From Candidatus Peregrinibacteria bacterium (lineage in GTDB: Bacteria > Patescibacteriota > Gracilibacteria > UBA1369): a stretch of 64,000 nucleotides of DNA. The stretch lies in the NCBI GenBank assembly GCA_963708185.1, contig OY970195.1, positions 1,216,001 to 1,280,000 on the forward strand. Direction: 5' to 3'. How positions within the stretch are numbered: position 1 is the stretch's first letter; each line of letters begins with the position of its first letter. Position numbers and translations under genes: made by a program. The notes under the pieces were generated by a model that did no database searches, was not told where the DNA came from, and was given only the letters and a program-made list of their open reading frames with translations. Shown one piece after another: positions 17,140 through 26,636 of the stretch.

Positions 17140-19287
17140 TTAGAGACTCGTGATTGTCAGGAGTCCACGATATCTTCCCGGTACGGTTCCGCGCGGGATC
17201 TTGATTTCGAGCTTCGGATTCATGGCGAAGATGGTCTTGCTCTGGATGTTCGACGTGCCGGGCTGGACGTTGACGAGGATGGATTTATCGAAGGTTCCCT
17301 GAATGGTTTTTCTGGCTCCGGGAACGACCTGCGCGCCGTCGGTCTGTCTGAGAATCCTGGTTTCACCCGGGATGACGGTAAGGTTTCCGGCGGGAATGAC
17401 GCCGCGTCCGGAAAGCGATACGAAGTTGGTGGTACCGATGTAGGTGTTCCAGGGAGTGTTCTTGTTCTGCACGAAGATGAGCGTGCCGAGATCCTGTGCC
17501 GAAGTTTTGTCCTGTTTGAAGGAGAACTGTTGCGGCGGGAACTGGATAGTATCGCTCGGGACGAAAGTGAAGTTGAGGTTCGGCGTCGCCGCGATTTCCT
17601 GGACTATTTCCGGGGTCGCTTCCAGAGCGCGGATGAGCGAAGGATCGGTTTCGATCTTGGTCAGGGCGTTTTCGGTGCTGATCTTTTTAACGTAATCGGA
17701 GGTGAGAATGAACTCGGAAAGGACTTCCGGCGTCGCGGGGATATCCTGGAAGATGCTCTTAAGTTCGGGGATGTTGATGTTCACTTCCGGCGTGGCTTCG
17801 TTTTCCGGCGTCGCGTTGAGTTCGTTGAGCGTGGCCAGTGCCCGCAGCTGGGCGGCGGTGACGGCCTTGATGTCGATGCTGGCCGCGAACTGGCGGTTCG
17901 GAATGACGATGTGGCTGCCGATGAGTTTCTGGAGATCGAACGTTTTGACGATTCCGGTGTTGTAGTTTTCAAAAGTGAGTTTGGGGGCTGAAGCGCCGGT
18001 CGGCGTTACGGTCAATACCACGCCGTCGTTGTTGGAGGTGGTACTCAGGTTGAAGTTGACGACGGTCCCGTCATTGACGACGTTGACAGCGTCCATGGGT
18101 TCGAGGTCGAGCGTCTGTTTGATGACGGCTTTGGCTCCCGTGAAGGTGATCTGGCCGTGCCAGTCCATTTTGTCGTTTTTGTGAATGACGAGTTTGCGCA
18201 GGTCTCCCCATTTGACGGTGACTTCATAACTGTCGGGAGGTCCCTGCTGGAGGACGTCGGCGAACAGAGGCTGCGGCATTTTGATGGTGGCGAGCGGAAC
18301 AGTCACTATGGCGCTGACGATGAGAATGCCGAGGAAGCTTGAGGCTTTCTGGAATTCGGCGCTATTGAAAAGTTTTTTGAAACTGAAGGCGGGGGCTTTT
18401 TGGGACGATCTTGCTTTGCTGGTGACGAACGATCCGCCCATGGCAAGCGCCGCGAGCAAAAGCAGGGCCCAGTATGGGACGACAACCAAGGTGCCGGCGT
18501 TGAATTCGGTCCGACCGTTGACGGCCTGGTCCGACGTGAGCATGAGGCTGTAGACGCCAAAGGCTGGTTTTTTCACCGTGAGCTGGACGGAAGTTTTTTC
18601 TCCCGGGCGGGCGTAGACGCCGGTTTTTTGAACTGCGACTGTTTCGCCGCGGATGTTTTGGAGCTCGAGCGAAACCGGGCTGTCGAAATCCGTGGTGCCC
18701 TGGTTTTGCAGGACAAAGTTCACGCCAGCGCTGTTGAAGGTCTGGGTGACCTGCCCGGTGGTGACGGTACTGGAATCGATGACGTTTCCTTTGACGTTGA
18801 GGTAGACGCGGACGCCTTTTTCAACGTGGAATTCCGTTCCCTGGGCGATGTTTTTTTCGCGGACGATGACGGCGCCGGCGTGAAGGCCGATGCCCCCGTT
18901 TAGGGGGATTCTGATGGTCACGGGAACGATCTTGGTTTCTCCGCTGTTGATGGTAAGTTCCGTCGCCGGCATGGTCATCCAGGGAGCTATTTTTTGAGGA
19001 GCTTCTTCCCTGGTCTGGGCCACGAAATTTTCGCTGAGTTTTTTGGAAGAGTCGGTGCTGTAGAGTTCGACCTGTTTGGCTTCGGGTCCGAAGTTGGCAA
19101 TCTGGACGTAACGGATGACGCTGTCGCCGCGGTTGGCGTATTCAACAAACCACTGGCCGTTTGAGGAGTCCCCCTGGAGCGGCTGAACATCGAGCGTGCC
19201 CATGTCGAGGTACGCGGCGCGGCTGACGTTTGCACAGAGCAGCGTCAGGATCGCGGTGATGAGAGTTGTGGTTCGTAAGAATTTCAT
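17140..19287 (-). CDS. Fusion protein: DUF916/DUF3324-like domains, two TM helices, extracellular domain and C-terminal WxL-like domain
   Basis: N-term YANRGDSVIRYVQIAN, IAPW, GLHAGAV, GVRVYLNV, QNQGTT, VVPYW+TM; second TM; ATPE repeats; FVPSDTIQFPPQ, WNTYIGTTNF, C-term VPGRYRGLLTITSL. Confidence 0.6.
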   Translation of the reverse strand: MKFLRTTTLITAILTLLCANVSRAAYLDMGTLDVQPLQGDSSNGQWFVEYANRGDSVIRYVQIANFGPEAKQVELYSTDSSKKLSENFVAQTREEAPQKIAPWMTMPATELTINSGETKIVPVTIRIPLNGGIGLHAGAVIVREKNIAQGTEFHVEKGVRVYLNVKGNVIDSSTVTTGQVTQTFNSAGVNFVLQNQGTTDFDSPVSLELQNIRGETVAVQKTGVYARPGEKTSVQLTVKKPAFGVYSLMLTSDQAVNGRTEFNAGTLVVVPYWALLLLAALAMGGSFVTSKARSSQKAPAFSFKKLFNSAEFQKASSFLGILIVSAIVTVPLATIKMPQPLFADVLQQGPPDSYEVTVKWGDLRKLVIHKNDKMDWHGQITFTGAKAVIKQTLDLEPMDAVNVVNDGTVVNFNLSTTSNNDGVVLTVTPTGASAPKLTFENYNTGIVKTFDLQKLIGSHIVIPNRQFAASIDIKAVTAAQLRALATLNELNATPENEATPEVNINIPELKSIFQDIPATPEVLSEFILTSDYVKKISTENALTKIETDPSLIRALEATPEIVQEIAATPNLNFTFVPSDTIQFPPQQFSFKQDKTSAQDLGTLIFVQNKNTPWNTYIGTTNFVSLSGRGVIPAGNLTVIPGETRILRQTDGAQVVPGARKTIQGTFDKSILVNVQPGTSNIQSKTIFAMNPKLEIKIPRGTVPGRYRGLLTITSL

Positions 19288-19296
19288 GGTCGGGAT

Positions 19297-19902
19297 TTAG
19301 GTTGTCATGATGGTGATGGTCAGCGTTCCGGAATAGTTTCCGATGGCGGTGTTTCCCGGCGTGAGTTCCTGGAGTTCAGGATAGATGCGCCATGTTCCGG
19401 GGCTGGCTCCGGTCCCGTTGAGAAGGACCCTTTGCTGGTCGAGAGCGGCCGGTGAACTTGTTGAAGCGTCGAGCGAAACGTAGTTGGAAGAACCTTCGAT
19501 GGTGTCGATGGAGTTGCTCGATCCGTCGTTGTTGAGTATTGAAAGGTTCGCTTTGGGAATGCAGTTGTTGGTGTTGCAGATGCCGTTGCCTCCAGGAGTA
19601 AGATCCGTGGCGCCGATGGCGACGCTGAAAGCGCTTCCGCCATTCTGATCGCTGACTTCGAGATATGGCGGAGCCGGCGGGCTTCCGGTCTGTGCCACGT
19701 CCTTGAAATCGATCGCGGACTGCTGGTCGTCAAAGGAGAACGGCTGTGGCGCGAAATCAAGACTGCTCGGTCCGTGGACGGTAAACCCTCCTCCGGTCAC
19801 TACGATCTCAATCGGCTGCGCGAGTACCGTCGCCGTATTGGCGACGCACAGTGCGAGGCTGATCCAGAAGAGTGCGGTTTGTTTTTTCTTGGTGAGTTTC
19901 AT
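19297..19902 (-). CDS. Secreted WxL-like domain protein
   Basis: Signal peptide; GGFTVHGPSSLDFAP, LEVSDQNGGSAFSVAIGATDL, IPKANL, C-terminal AIGNYSGTLTITI. Confidence 0.65.
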   Translation of the reverse strand: MKLTKKKQTALFWISLALCVANTATVLAQPIEIVVTGGGFTVHGPSSLDFAPQPFSFDDQQSAIDFKDVAQTGSPPAPPYLEVSDQNGGSAFSVAIGATDLTPGGNGICNTNNCIPKANLSILNNDGSSNSIDTIEGSSNYVSLDASTSSPAALDQQRVLLNGTGASPGTWRIYPELQELTPGNTAIGNYSGTLTITIMTT

Positions 19903-19911
19903 AAGGTTTGA

Positions 19912-22900
19912 TTAAGCGGAGGTGATCGTAATGGTGCCGGTGTAGGTTCCCGGAGGAGTCAATGCTGGTACGGTGATCTTGAATTCGGGGAAGAACTGGA
20001 TCTCAGCCGTATCGCTGTTGTTGGAGATTTTGTCCAGAAGCGTCTGCGAAGAGTCGAGAGGGACATAGTCACAGCTTGAACTGTTCAGGCTGAAGTCCGA
20101 CGGGTCGCCGAACGGTGCAATGAACGATTGGGTTGCCTGTGCCGTTCCGCATGTTCCGGAGTCGACAACGCCAGGATGATCGCCGTCGTAGTTTTTAATA
20201 AATATGTTTGATGCGGGTATGCTGTAGGTTTTTCCGGAAGGATCGTCGTAGGTGAAATCCGAAGAGTCGATGGTGACGGAGTAGCAGAGGTTTCCCGGAC
20301 AGGTCGTAGACCCGCCGGAGTTACCGCCGAGATCTTCAATTTGAAAATATTGCGGTTGACCGGGCGCCGTGTTTTCGTCGACCTGACGGAAGACGTCCGT
20401 GTCTACGGTCGTCGACGCGGTGATGGCCGGGAATTCGATGCTTGAAGGAATGGTCAACGTTTTTCCGCCCTGGGTGATGGTCAGTTGGGCCGACGTCGGA
20501 AGCTGGGGAAGCGTCTGGACGAAGGTCGGATTGTTGAGGAGCTGGAACACCGCTCCCTGGGAATCGGAAGATCCGTTGTATCCGCCGTCCCATCCGGCAA
20601 TGGCCAGTCCGTTTTCATTCATGTCAACGCTCGGCGTTTCCTGGTTGCCCTGTCCGCTGGTGCTCACGACGAAACCGACGCCGAAGTTGGCGGTTGATGG
20701 TGAAGATTCATAAAATTTTCCTTCGACTTCGCGCGAACCGCTGTTGTTATACTCTTTTGTCCAGACAATGAGGAAGGATCCGTTGTTGGCGTCGGCGCTG
20801 ATTCTTGAAAAGTAGCTGTTGGTCGCTTCAATGGAATCCGCAGGGTAGACGGTGAAGGTCGGATCCGTGACCGTCGGAGCGCTTCCGGCAAAATTTCCGG
20901 CGTAGCGTGCGGCGACGATGCTCGGGTTGTTGCAGTCCGTCGTATCACACAGTGTCCATGTCACGATATATTCGGTGGGTGAGATAAAAGCGACGTCGGA
21001 GTCTTCATTTGGAATGGAGGTCGCAGGCACGATCGTAAAATTGCCAGCGGATGAAAGCGTCGCGCCGTTGGCTTCACGTCCGAAGAGGCGATAGACGAAC
21101 GAAGCCGATACGTCACCTTCCGTCCAGGTGTAGACGATTTTGTCGTTCCCGCTCTCGTCGGGATAAAGGTCGATGCCGTTGTAGTTGTATGGGAATACGC
21201 AATTGCCTGATGGTCCGTTACAATCACTCAGCGTGGAGGGATTGAAACCGCTTTCGGTGTGGTAGTTTCCGGTGATGATCTCTTCCGGCGTCGGAATGTT
21301 CTGGCTGTAGAAGACGGCAAAACGGTCGATGACCGAGGATGTGGTGTCATTATAATAGCCGGCCTTCACCTGGGTTGAAGAGTACGTGACTCCGCCGCCG
21401 ACAATGGCAACGTTGACGGGGAGTTCGGTCGCCGTGGCGGCGGTTCCGGATGAATCGAATTCGCGGTACATGACCTGGGGGCCCGCTCCGGCGTTATTGG
21501 GATCGTTGCCGTTCCAGACAATAACGAATCTGTCGGTGCCGGATCCGTTGGTGTCTTTAAAGAAGTCGATCGAGGGTTGGTCGACGCTCGAATCGTCCAC
21601 GGTGTCTGCTTTGGCGTTTTGAACGATGATGTTTCCGCCGGCGTCGTACAGGCTGTAGAAAACTCTGGTTTGTCCGGATACGCTGTCGGATCCGAGGTAG
21701 GCGACGGCGCGGTATCCGTTTGGAGCGATGGCTGAAGTTACTTCATATTCCGAGGTGCCCGTTGGTGTGTGGGCGAGCGTCTCAGCGCCGTTCTTGAAGA
21801 TGTCGGTGCCATACCCTTTCAGACGCACGTCAAAGTTCGCGGAGGTGTTGAGACTTGTCCACATGATGCCGTATTGACCGTCCTTGTCTTTCGCAATGGA
21901 TGGATTGGTCTGATCATTCGCGGAGTCACCGTAGATATTTTCATTGACCTGGAAGGCGTTGTCGACGCGATGACCGAGGTAATCGTAGTTGATGGCGTGA
22001 ATGTTCTGGTCGCTGGTGTCGGTCTGTTGCCATACGGCGGTGAAGTCACCCATGTAATCCATGGCAACGGCCGGATTGCTTCCGCTTGCGTTGAGGTTGA
22101 GTTCAACATTGCCCAGCGGACATCCAGCAGCCGTACAACGGTCGACGAGTTTGGCGTCGATGTCGGTGCCGCCGGCTTCGTAGGCAATGACGAATTTTCC
22201 TCCCGGGACCGTGCCGGTGCCCGGTTCAGTCGATTTATCCGAAGCCACGGAAGGCGTCACGGCCGGCGACGTCGAGTTGACGCGAACGTTGTTGGCGCTG
22301 CCTCCCCACGGTGAGTTGCTTGAGTCATAGCCCTGCATCCAGACTTCGTCGGTGGAAGGGTAGCCGGTGCCCGGGCCGTTCCATGTGACGAGAGTTTCCT
22401 GGAAGTTGTTCATGGCGACGGAAGGGTTGACCTGCGCGCCGGTCGTATAGGTGTTGACGAGGGTGTTCGAGCCGACCGGAGTGATCCCGCCGAGAGCGTA
22501 CGAGATGTCGTAGCGCTGCATGTAAATGCCGTCGGTGTCGCCGGTGCCTTCACCCTGCCAGACGACGACGAAATGTCCCTGGTCGCCCGCGGCGGAGTTG
22601 GTGTCGAAATCCATGGCGATTTTTGGAGAGGATTGTATGCCGGTGGTAGAGGTGTTGACGAGAATGGATGAGGCGATGGCTGCGCCGGTGTTGTCGTAGA
22701 CGCTCACGTAAATGCCGTCGGCATCACCGCTGCCGTTGCCCTGCCAGACGATGGCATAGTCGCCGACTTTATCCATGGCGACGGAAGGGTTGGTCTGGTC
22801 TCCGGCGAGCGTGGTGTTCACGCGTACCGGTCCGCCGGACGACGGGTCAGGTCCGGTTTGGGTATTGAAACGTTCGTAGTAGATTCCGCTGCCGTTGCCG

Positions 22901-23181
22901 CCGCCGTCACAGGCGTCGTCCTGCCATACCAGGATGTAGTTGGTATTATTGTCCACGGCAACGGAGCTCGCGGACTGGCCGGCATTCGGATCACAACTTG
23001 GGGAAGGTACGAGTGAAGAAAGCACGTCGCCTTCGTCGCCGCGGTAGACCTCGGCTTTGGCGAGGTTGGTTCTGAAAAGATTTTCCAAGACGTTCTGCTG
23101 GAAAACGAGGGTCAGTCCGATGACGGCGATGGATATCGCCGCAACGGATTTTTTGACGGAATGTGGGGTGCGTTTATTCAT
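19912..23181 (-). CDS. Large secreted repeat (beta-propeller-like) protein with C-terminal WxL-like domain (candidate adhesin)
   Basis: Repeats VNT...GxQxxPSVAMD..GxFxxVW; C-terminal GKTLTIPSSIEFPAI, FQIEDLGG, IPASNI, TPPGTYTGTITITSA. Confidence 0.7.
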   Translation of the reverse strand: MNKRTPHSVKKSVAAISIAVIGLTLVFQQNVLENLFRTNLAKAEVYRGDEGDVLSSLVPSPSCDPNAGQSASSVAVDNNTNYILVWQDDACDGGGNGSGIYYERFNTQTGPDPSSGGPVRVNTTLAGDQTNPSVAMDKVGDYAIVWQGNGSGDADGIYVSVYDNTGAAIASSILVNTSTTGIQSSPKIAMDFDTNSAAGDQGHFVVVWQGEGTGDTDGIYMQRYDISYALGGITPVGSNTLVNTYTTGAQVNPSVAMNNFQETLVTWNGPGTGYPSTDEVWMQGYDSSNSPWGGSANNVRVNSTSPAVTPSVASDKSTEPGTGTVPGGKFVIAYEAGGTDIDAKLVDRCTAAGCPLGNVELNLNASGSNPAVAMDYMGDFTAVWQQTDTSDQNIHAINYDYLGHRVDNAFQVNENIYGDSANDQTNPSIAKDKDGQYGIMWTSLNTSANFDVRLKGYGTDIFKNGAETLAHTPTGTSEYEVTSAIAPNGYRAVAYLGSDSVSGQTRVFYSLYDAGGNIIVQNAKADTVDDSSVDQPSIDFFKDTNGSGTDRFVIVWNGNDPNNAGAGPQVMYREFDSSGTAATATELPVNVAIVGGGVTYSSTQVKAGYYNDTTSSVIDRFAVFYSQNIPTPEEIITGNYHTESGFNPSTLSDCNGPSGNCVFPYNYNGIDLYPDESGNDKIVYTWTEGDVSASFVYRLFGREANGATLSSAGNFTIVPATSIPNEDSDVAFISPTEYIVTWTLCDTTDCNNPSIVAARYAGNFAGSAPTVTDPTFTVYPADSIEATNSYFSRISADANNGSFLIVWTKEYNNSGSREVEGKFYESSPSTANFGVGFVVSTSGQGNQETPSVDMNENGLAIAGWDGGYNGSSDSQGAVFQLLNNPTFVQTLPQLPTSAQLTITQGGKTLTIPSSIEFPAITASTTVDTDVFRQVDENTAPGQPQYFQIEDLGGNSGGSTTCPGNLCYSVTIDSSDFTYDDPSGKTYSIPASNIFIKNYDGDHPGVVDSGTCGTAQATQSFIAPFGDPSDFSLNSSSCDYVPLDSSQTLLDKISNNSDTAEIQFFPEFKITVPALTPPGTYTGTITITSA

Positions 23182-24355
23182 TGGTTTTTTCTTTTTTGTC
23201 TGGAGTTTTCGGGACGCGGATGGATTGTCCTTCCTTGATCAGGTACGGAGCTTTGAGCTTGTTGACGCGGACGAGTTTCTTCCAGTCCACGCTGTGTGAT
23301 TTGGCGATGTTGACGATGTTGTCATCTGGCTGAACCTGGTAGGGAACCCAGTTTTTTCTGATCTGATTCTGGTTTTTGATGTAAGCGAGGTACATGATCC
23401 CGACCGTGATAACGCAGAGCAGGAGAATCAGAAGTATTTTCCAGGGGACCACGTTGAAGGTTGATGTTTTGGATCCGAGCTGCGCGCTTCCGTGGAGCGG
23501 CTGGTTGACCGCCTGGCTTTTGATGCGGTAATCCAACTCGCTTACGGCTTTGAAGCTGCCGAAGAGCGGTTGTTTGTCCCAGCTGACGACGGGACTGATC
23601 TCCGTACCCGGGAGACTGTCACCGAGACTTTTCTGGAAACGGTCGATCTGGTTGCCCATGTTGTCGTACACGGTGATGGTGGCAATGGGTTCAAGCGCCA
23701 CGTTGCCGGTGTTTTTAATTTCGAACTGGAAGTTGGTCGTTTTATTTTTCTGGGTGGTGGTGAATCCTGTCCACAGCATGCTGTCCTTGATGGTCCCGGG
23801 AATAGTGAGGTAGATGCGCAGACCGATGCGCGTTTTGATCTGGATGTTGGTGCAGCAGATGGTCTGGCCGTTTGCGGCGGACGCCGCGAATTGCGAAATG
23901 GTCGGTGCAGGATTGGCCTCTTCAAGAACGATTCCTCCGAAGTACTGTCCCGGAGTGAGTGCGTCGGGAATTTTGATCTGGAATGGAACGTCCACGCTGC
24001 CCTGCGGCGGAACGGTGAAGGCGCTTGCGGTGTTGATGTTCGTCCATTTGCCGATTCCGTTGCGGGCTTCGTTTTCGAGCCTTAGGATAAAGCTCCCCGA
24101 GTCGTTGCTCGTGGCGTCAACGGGATAGACGCGGGCCTGGACGGGTTTGTCTCCAAGATTTTTCACCGTCGCGACATCGTTGATGATGTCGCCGGGATTT
24201 TTTTCGTAGTTAAACCAGCTCTGGTTGTTGCTGTACGGGTTGGGATCTTTGACGATGATGGTAAGATTTCCGTTCGCGCTTGCGATGCCCGGAAATAGCG
24301 CCATTAAGCTGAAAATGATCCATGACCCCGTCAGGATTTTGGAGATTTTTTTCAT
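23174..24355 (-). CDS. DUF916/DUF3324-like WxL-interacting protein with TM and C-terminal LysM
   Basis: YEKNPGDIINDVATVKN, VYPVDATSNDSGSF, GIGKW, PGQYFGGI, RIGLRIYLTIPG, IKNTGNV, WDKQPLFG, VVPW+TM; LysM YQVQPDDNIVNIAKSHSVDWKKLVRVNKL. Confidence 0.8.
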   Translation of the reverse strand: MKKISKILTGSWIIFSLMALFPGIASANGNLTIIVKDPNPYSNNQSWFNYEKNPGDIINDVATVKNLGDKPVQARVYPVDATSNDSGSFILRLENEARNGIGKWTNINTASAFTVPPQGSVDVPFQIKIPDALTPGQYFGGIVLEEANPAPTISQFAASAANGQTICCTNIQIKTRIGLRIYLTIPGTIKDSMLWTGFTTTQKNKTTNFQFEIKNTGNVALEPIATITVYDNMGNQIDRFQKSLGDSLPGTEISPVVSWDKQPLFGSFKAVSELDYRIKSQAVNQPLHGSAQLGSKTSTFNVVPWKILLILLLCVITVGIMYLAYIKNQNQIRKNWVPYQVQPDDNIVNIAKSHSVDWKKLVRVNKLKAPYLIKEGQSIRVPKTPDKKEKTNE

Positions 24356-24390
24356 TTTTTGTTTGTGTTTTGATTCAAAACGATCAATAA

Positions 24391-24419
24391 ATTATAGCTT
24401 ATTTTGCGTCCGGGGTCAA
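24391..24419 (-). promoter_or_regulatory. sigma70 promoter for the first WxL/DUF916 operon
   Basis: Minus-strand TTGACC-N17-TATAAT; a plus-strand TATGAT at 24445-24450 suggests a divergent promoter pair. Confidence 0.7.
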
Positions 24420-24482
24420 CGTTTGTGGTACGGCGCCGGGAGGGTATGATGCACCTGTCGTTATTTTTCTTATTTCCATAGG

Positions 24483-26561
24483 GTGAAGGCTTTTTATTTT
24501 TTGCGTAAAATCGGGCGTCCGGGGTGGAAGGATGTGGTATGGTTCGGTGCGGTGTTCTTTGGGACGTATTTACTCTACCTGTTCACGCTTTATCCCTCCG
24601 TGGCCACCGAGGACGCCGGCGAGTTTTCCACGGCCGTGGCGACGCTCGGCGTCGCCCACCCTCCGGGCTATCCTCTCTATAGTATTCTTGGAAAAATTTT
24701 TACGCTCTTCGTGCCCTTCGGCAGCATGGCGTGGAAGGTGAATCTTTTTTCGGCTTTTTGCGGGGCAGCGGCCGCCGGACTTTTTTACTTGTGTTTGCGC
24801 ATTTTGACGCGGAAGAAGCTGTTGTCTTTTTTGGGAGCTTTGATTTTCGGAGCCGGCGGGATTTTCTGGAGCCAGGCGGTGCGCGCGGAAGTGTACACCT
24901 TGAATACGGCACTTTTCCTGTTCATTCTTTTTTTACTTTTGTTGTGGTTCGAACGCAGGGGAAAACTTGACGAAAACGAATCGAAGAATTTTTTGCTGTC
25001 GACGGCTTTTCTGTACGGATTGAGTTTGGGCAACCATTATTTGATGTTCCTGGCGGGCATTCCGTTTTTCATTTTCGCGATGATGGCGGCGCCGAAATTT
25101 TTCCGCGACTGGAAATTTTTGGGCAAGGCGATGCTGTTTTTCGGCTGCGGGCTCGCCGTGTATCTTTATCTGCCGATCCGTGCCGCGATGCATCCCGGAC
25201 TCAACTGGGGCGATCCTTCGACCTGGCAGGGTTTCTGGGACACGGTGACGAGGAAACTTTATTCATCGGGAAGCATCGACGCTTCGATGCAGCTCGTACC
25301 GGCCAAGCAAAGCGGCCCCGGATTTTTGTCCGGGTCGTGGTTCGGGAACTTATGGAGCTATCACCTGTGGCAGATGCTGTGGTACGTGCTTCAGCATTTT
25401 TCCGAGGATTTTTTCTGGGGACTTCTGATATTCTCGCCGTTCGGCCTGTGGTGGCTCCGCAAAAAATCGAAGGTCCATTTTTGGCTGATGATCGCGCTGT
25501 TTGGTTTTTACAGCCTGGCACTTTCCGATCTGCTCGGACTTGGATTTACCGATAAGCTTCCCGTGGATTTTTTCAAAGACCGTCCTTTTTTCATTCCTGT
25601 TCTGACCGTTTTATGTTTCCTGAGCATTTTGGGCGTCCATGATGTTGCGGAAAAATTTTTCAAACGCGGTGCGAGAAAAATCGTTGCGGTCCTGCTCGCG
25701 GGGTTGCTTGTCTTTAACATTTTTACGCATTTCGGGGCGGAAGATCAGAGCCATAATTACGTCGCACACGATCTGGCGAAACTTATCCTGGACATTCTTC
25801 CTCCGAACGCCGTTTACATCGTGCAGAACGGCGACAATACGCTTTTCCCCATTTTGTATATGAACAAAGTCGAAGGGTTGCGGCGGGATGTTCGTTTTTA
25901 CATTCCGAGTCCGATCAACGTCTACGATTTTTTTACCGATTTCCAGACGCTTGAAAAGCAGAATCCTGGACGAAGAATTTTTACAGATTTCCCTTTCGCG
26001 GATTATCCCGGAAAAACCTACGCTTACCTCGGACCGATCAGCGAGATCGTTCCGGTACAGAATATCGATATGCAGAAAGCCATCATTCCGTTGCTTGAAA
26101 AGACGGTGATCCGTGGTATCTCGTCAGGAAATCTGGACCATTTCAACGCCTATCTCAAGGGGCGTTTCGCTTTGGACCTGGGTCTGGCTTTCGGCGGAAT
26201 CGACGATCTCCAGCAGAGCAAACTTTTCGCCGACGCGACGACCTCGGCTCCCGGAAGCGTCAATATTTTCAGCCAACTCATCGGAAATTATTATGTGCGC
26301 AGAAGTGCTTTCCGTGAGGCGATTTCTTATCTGGAAAAAGCCCATACGTTTTATCCCGAGGAATATCCCATCAATTTCGAACTGCTTCTTTCCTATATTA
26401 TGATCGGCGATCCGCAGCATGCGGAGCCGTATTTCATGACGCTCGTCCAGAACAACCGCGATCTGTTTTTGAATGAATACGCCAAGCTGAAAACGTTGTT
26501 CCCGGATGCTTCCCGGCAGTTCGACGCTTTTGAAAAATTTCTCCAACAGCGCGCCCAGTAA
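24483..26561 (+). CDS. DUF2723/TMEM260-like GT-C glycosyltransferase (putative protein O-mannosyltransferase) with TPR-like C-terminus
   Basis: YPSVATEDAGEF..AVATLGVAHPPGYPLY, WSQAVRAEVYTLN, LSLGNH, YLYLPIRA, NWGDP, GDNTLFP. Confidence 0.85.
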   Translation: MKAFYFLRKIGRPGWKDVVWFGAVFFGTYLLYLFTLYPSVATEDAGEFSTAVATLGVAHPPGYPLYSILGKIFTLFVPFGSMAWKVNLFSAFCGAAAAGLFYLCLRILTRKKLLSFLGALIFGAGGIFWSQAVRAEVYTLNTALFLFILFLLLLWFERRGKLDENESKNFLLSTAFLYGLSLGNHYLMFLAGIPFFIFAMMAAPKFFRDWKFLGKAMLFFGCGLAVYLYLPIRAAMHPGLNWGDPSTWQGFWDTVTRKLYSSGSIDASMQLVPAKQSGPGFLSGSWFGNLWSYHLWQMLWYVLQHFSEDFFWGLLIFSPFGLWWLRKKSKVHFWLMIALFGFYSLALSDLLGLGFTDKLPVDFFKDRPFFIPVLTVLCFLSILGVHDVAEKFFKRGARKIVAVLLAGLLVFNIFTHFGAEDQSHNYVAHDLAKLILDILPPNAVYIVQNGDNTLFPILYMNKVEGLRRDVRFYIPSPINVYDFFTDFQTLEKQNPGRRIFTDFPFADYPGKTYAYLGPISEIVPVQNIDMQKAIIPLLEKTVIRGISSGNLDHFNAYLKGRFALDLGLAFGGIDDLQQSKLFADATTSAPGSVNIFSQLIGNYYVRRSAFREAISYLEKAHTFYPEEYPINFELLLSYIMIGDPQHAEPYFMTLVQNNRDLFLNEYAKLKTLFPDASRQFDAFEKFLQQRAQ

Positions 26562-26636
26562 AAGAATGGCGCGTTAAATGCTTTACGGTTTCGAAAAAAT
26601 GTTCTATAATTTTAGGAATACATTATTTTTGGACCA

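Noticed and set aside
6579-24355. Type IV, Tad or sortase-dependent pilus
   Set aside because: No class III signal peptides (G-FTLxE), assembly ATPase, LPxTG motifs, sortase or outer-membrane usher seen
6579-24355. Diversity-generating retroelement acting on the paralogous surface genes
   Set aside because: No reverse transcriptase and no near-identical TR/VR pair with adenine-specific differences noticed
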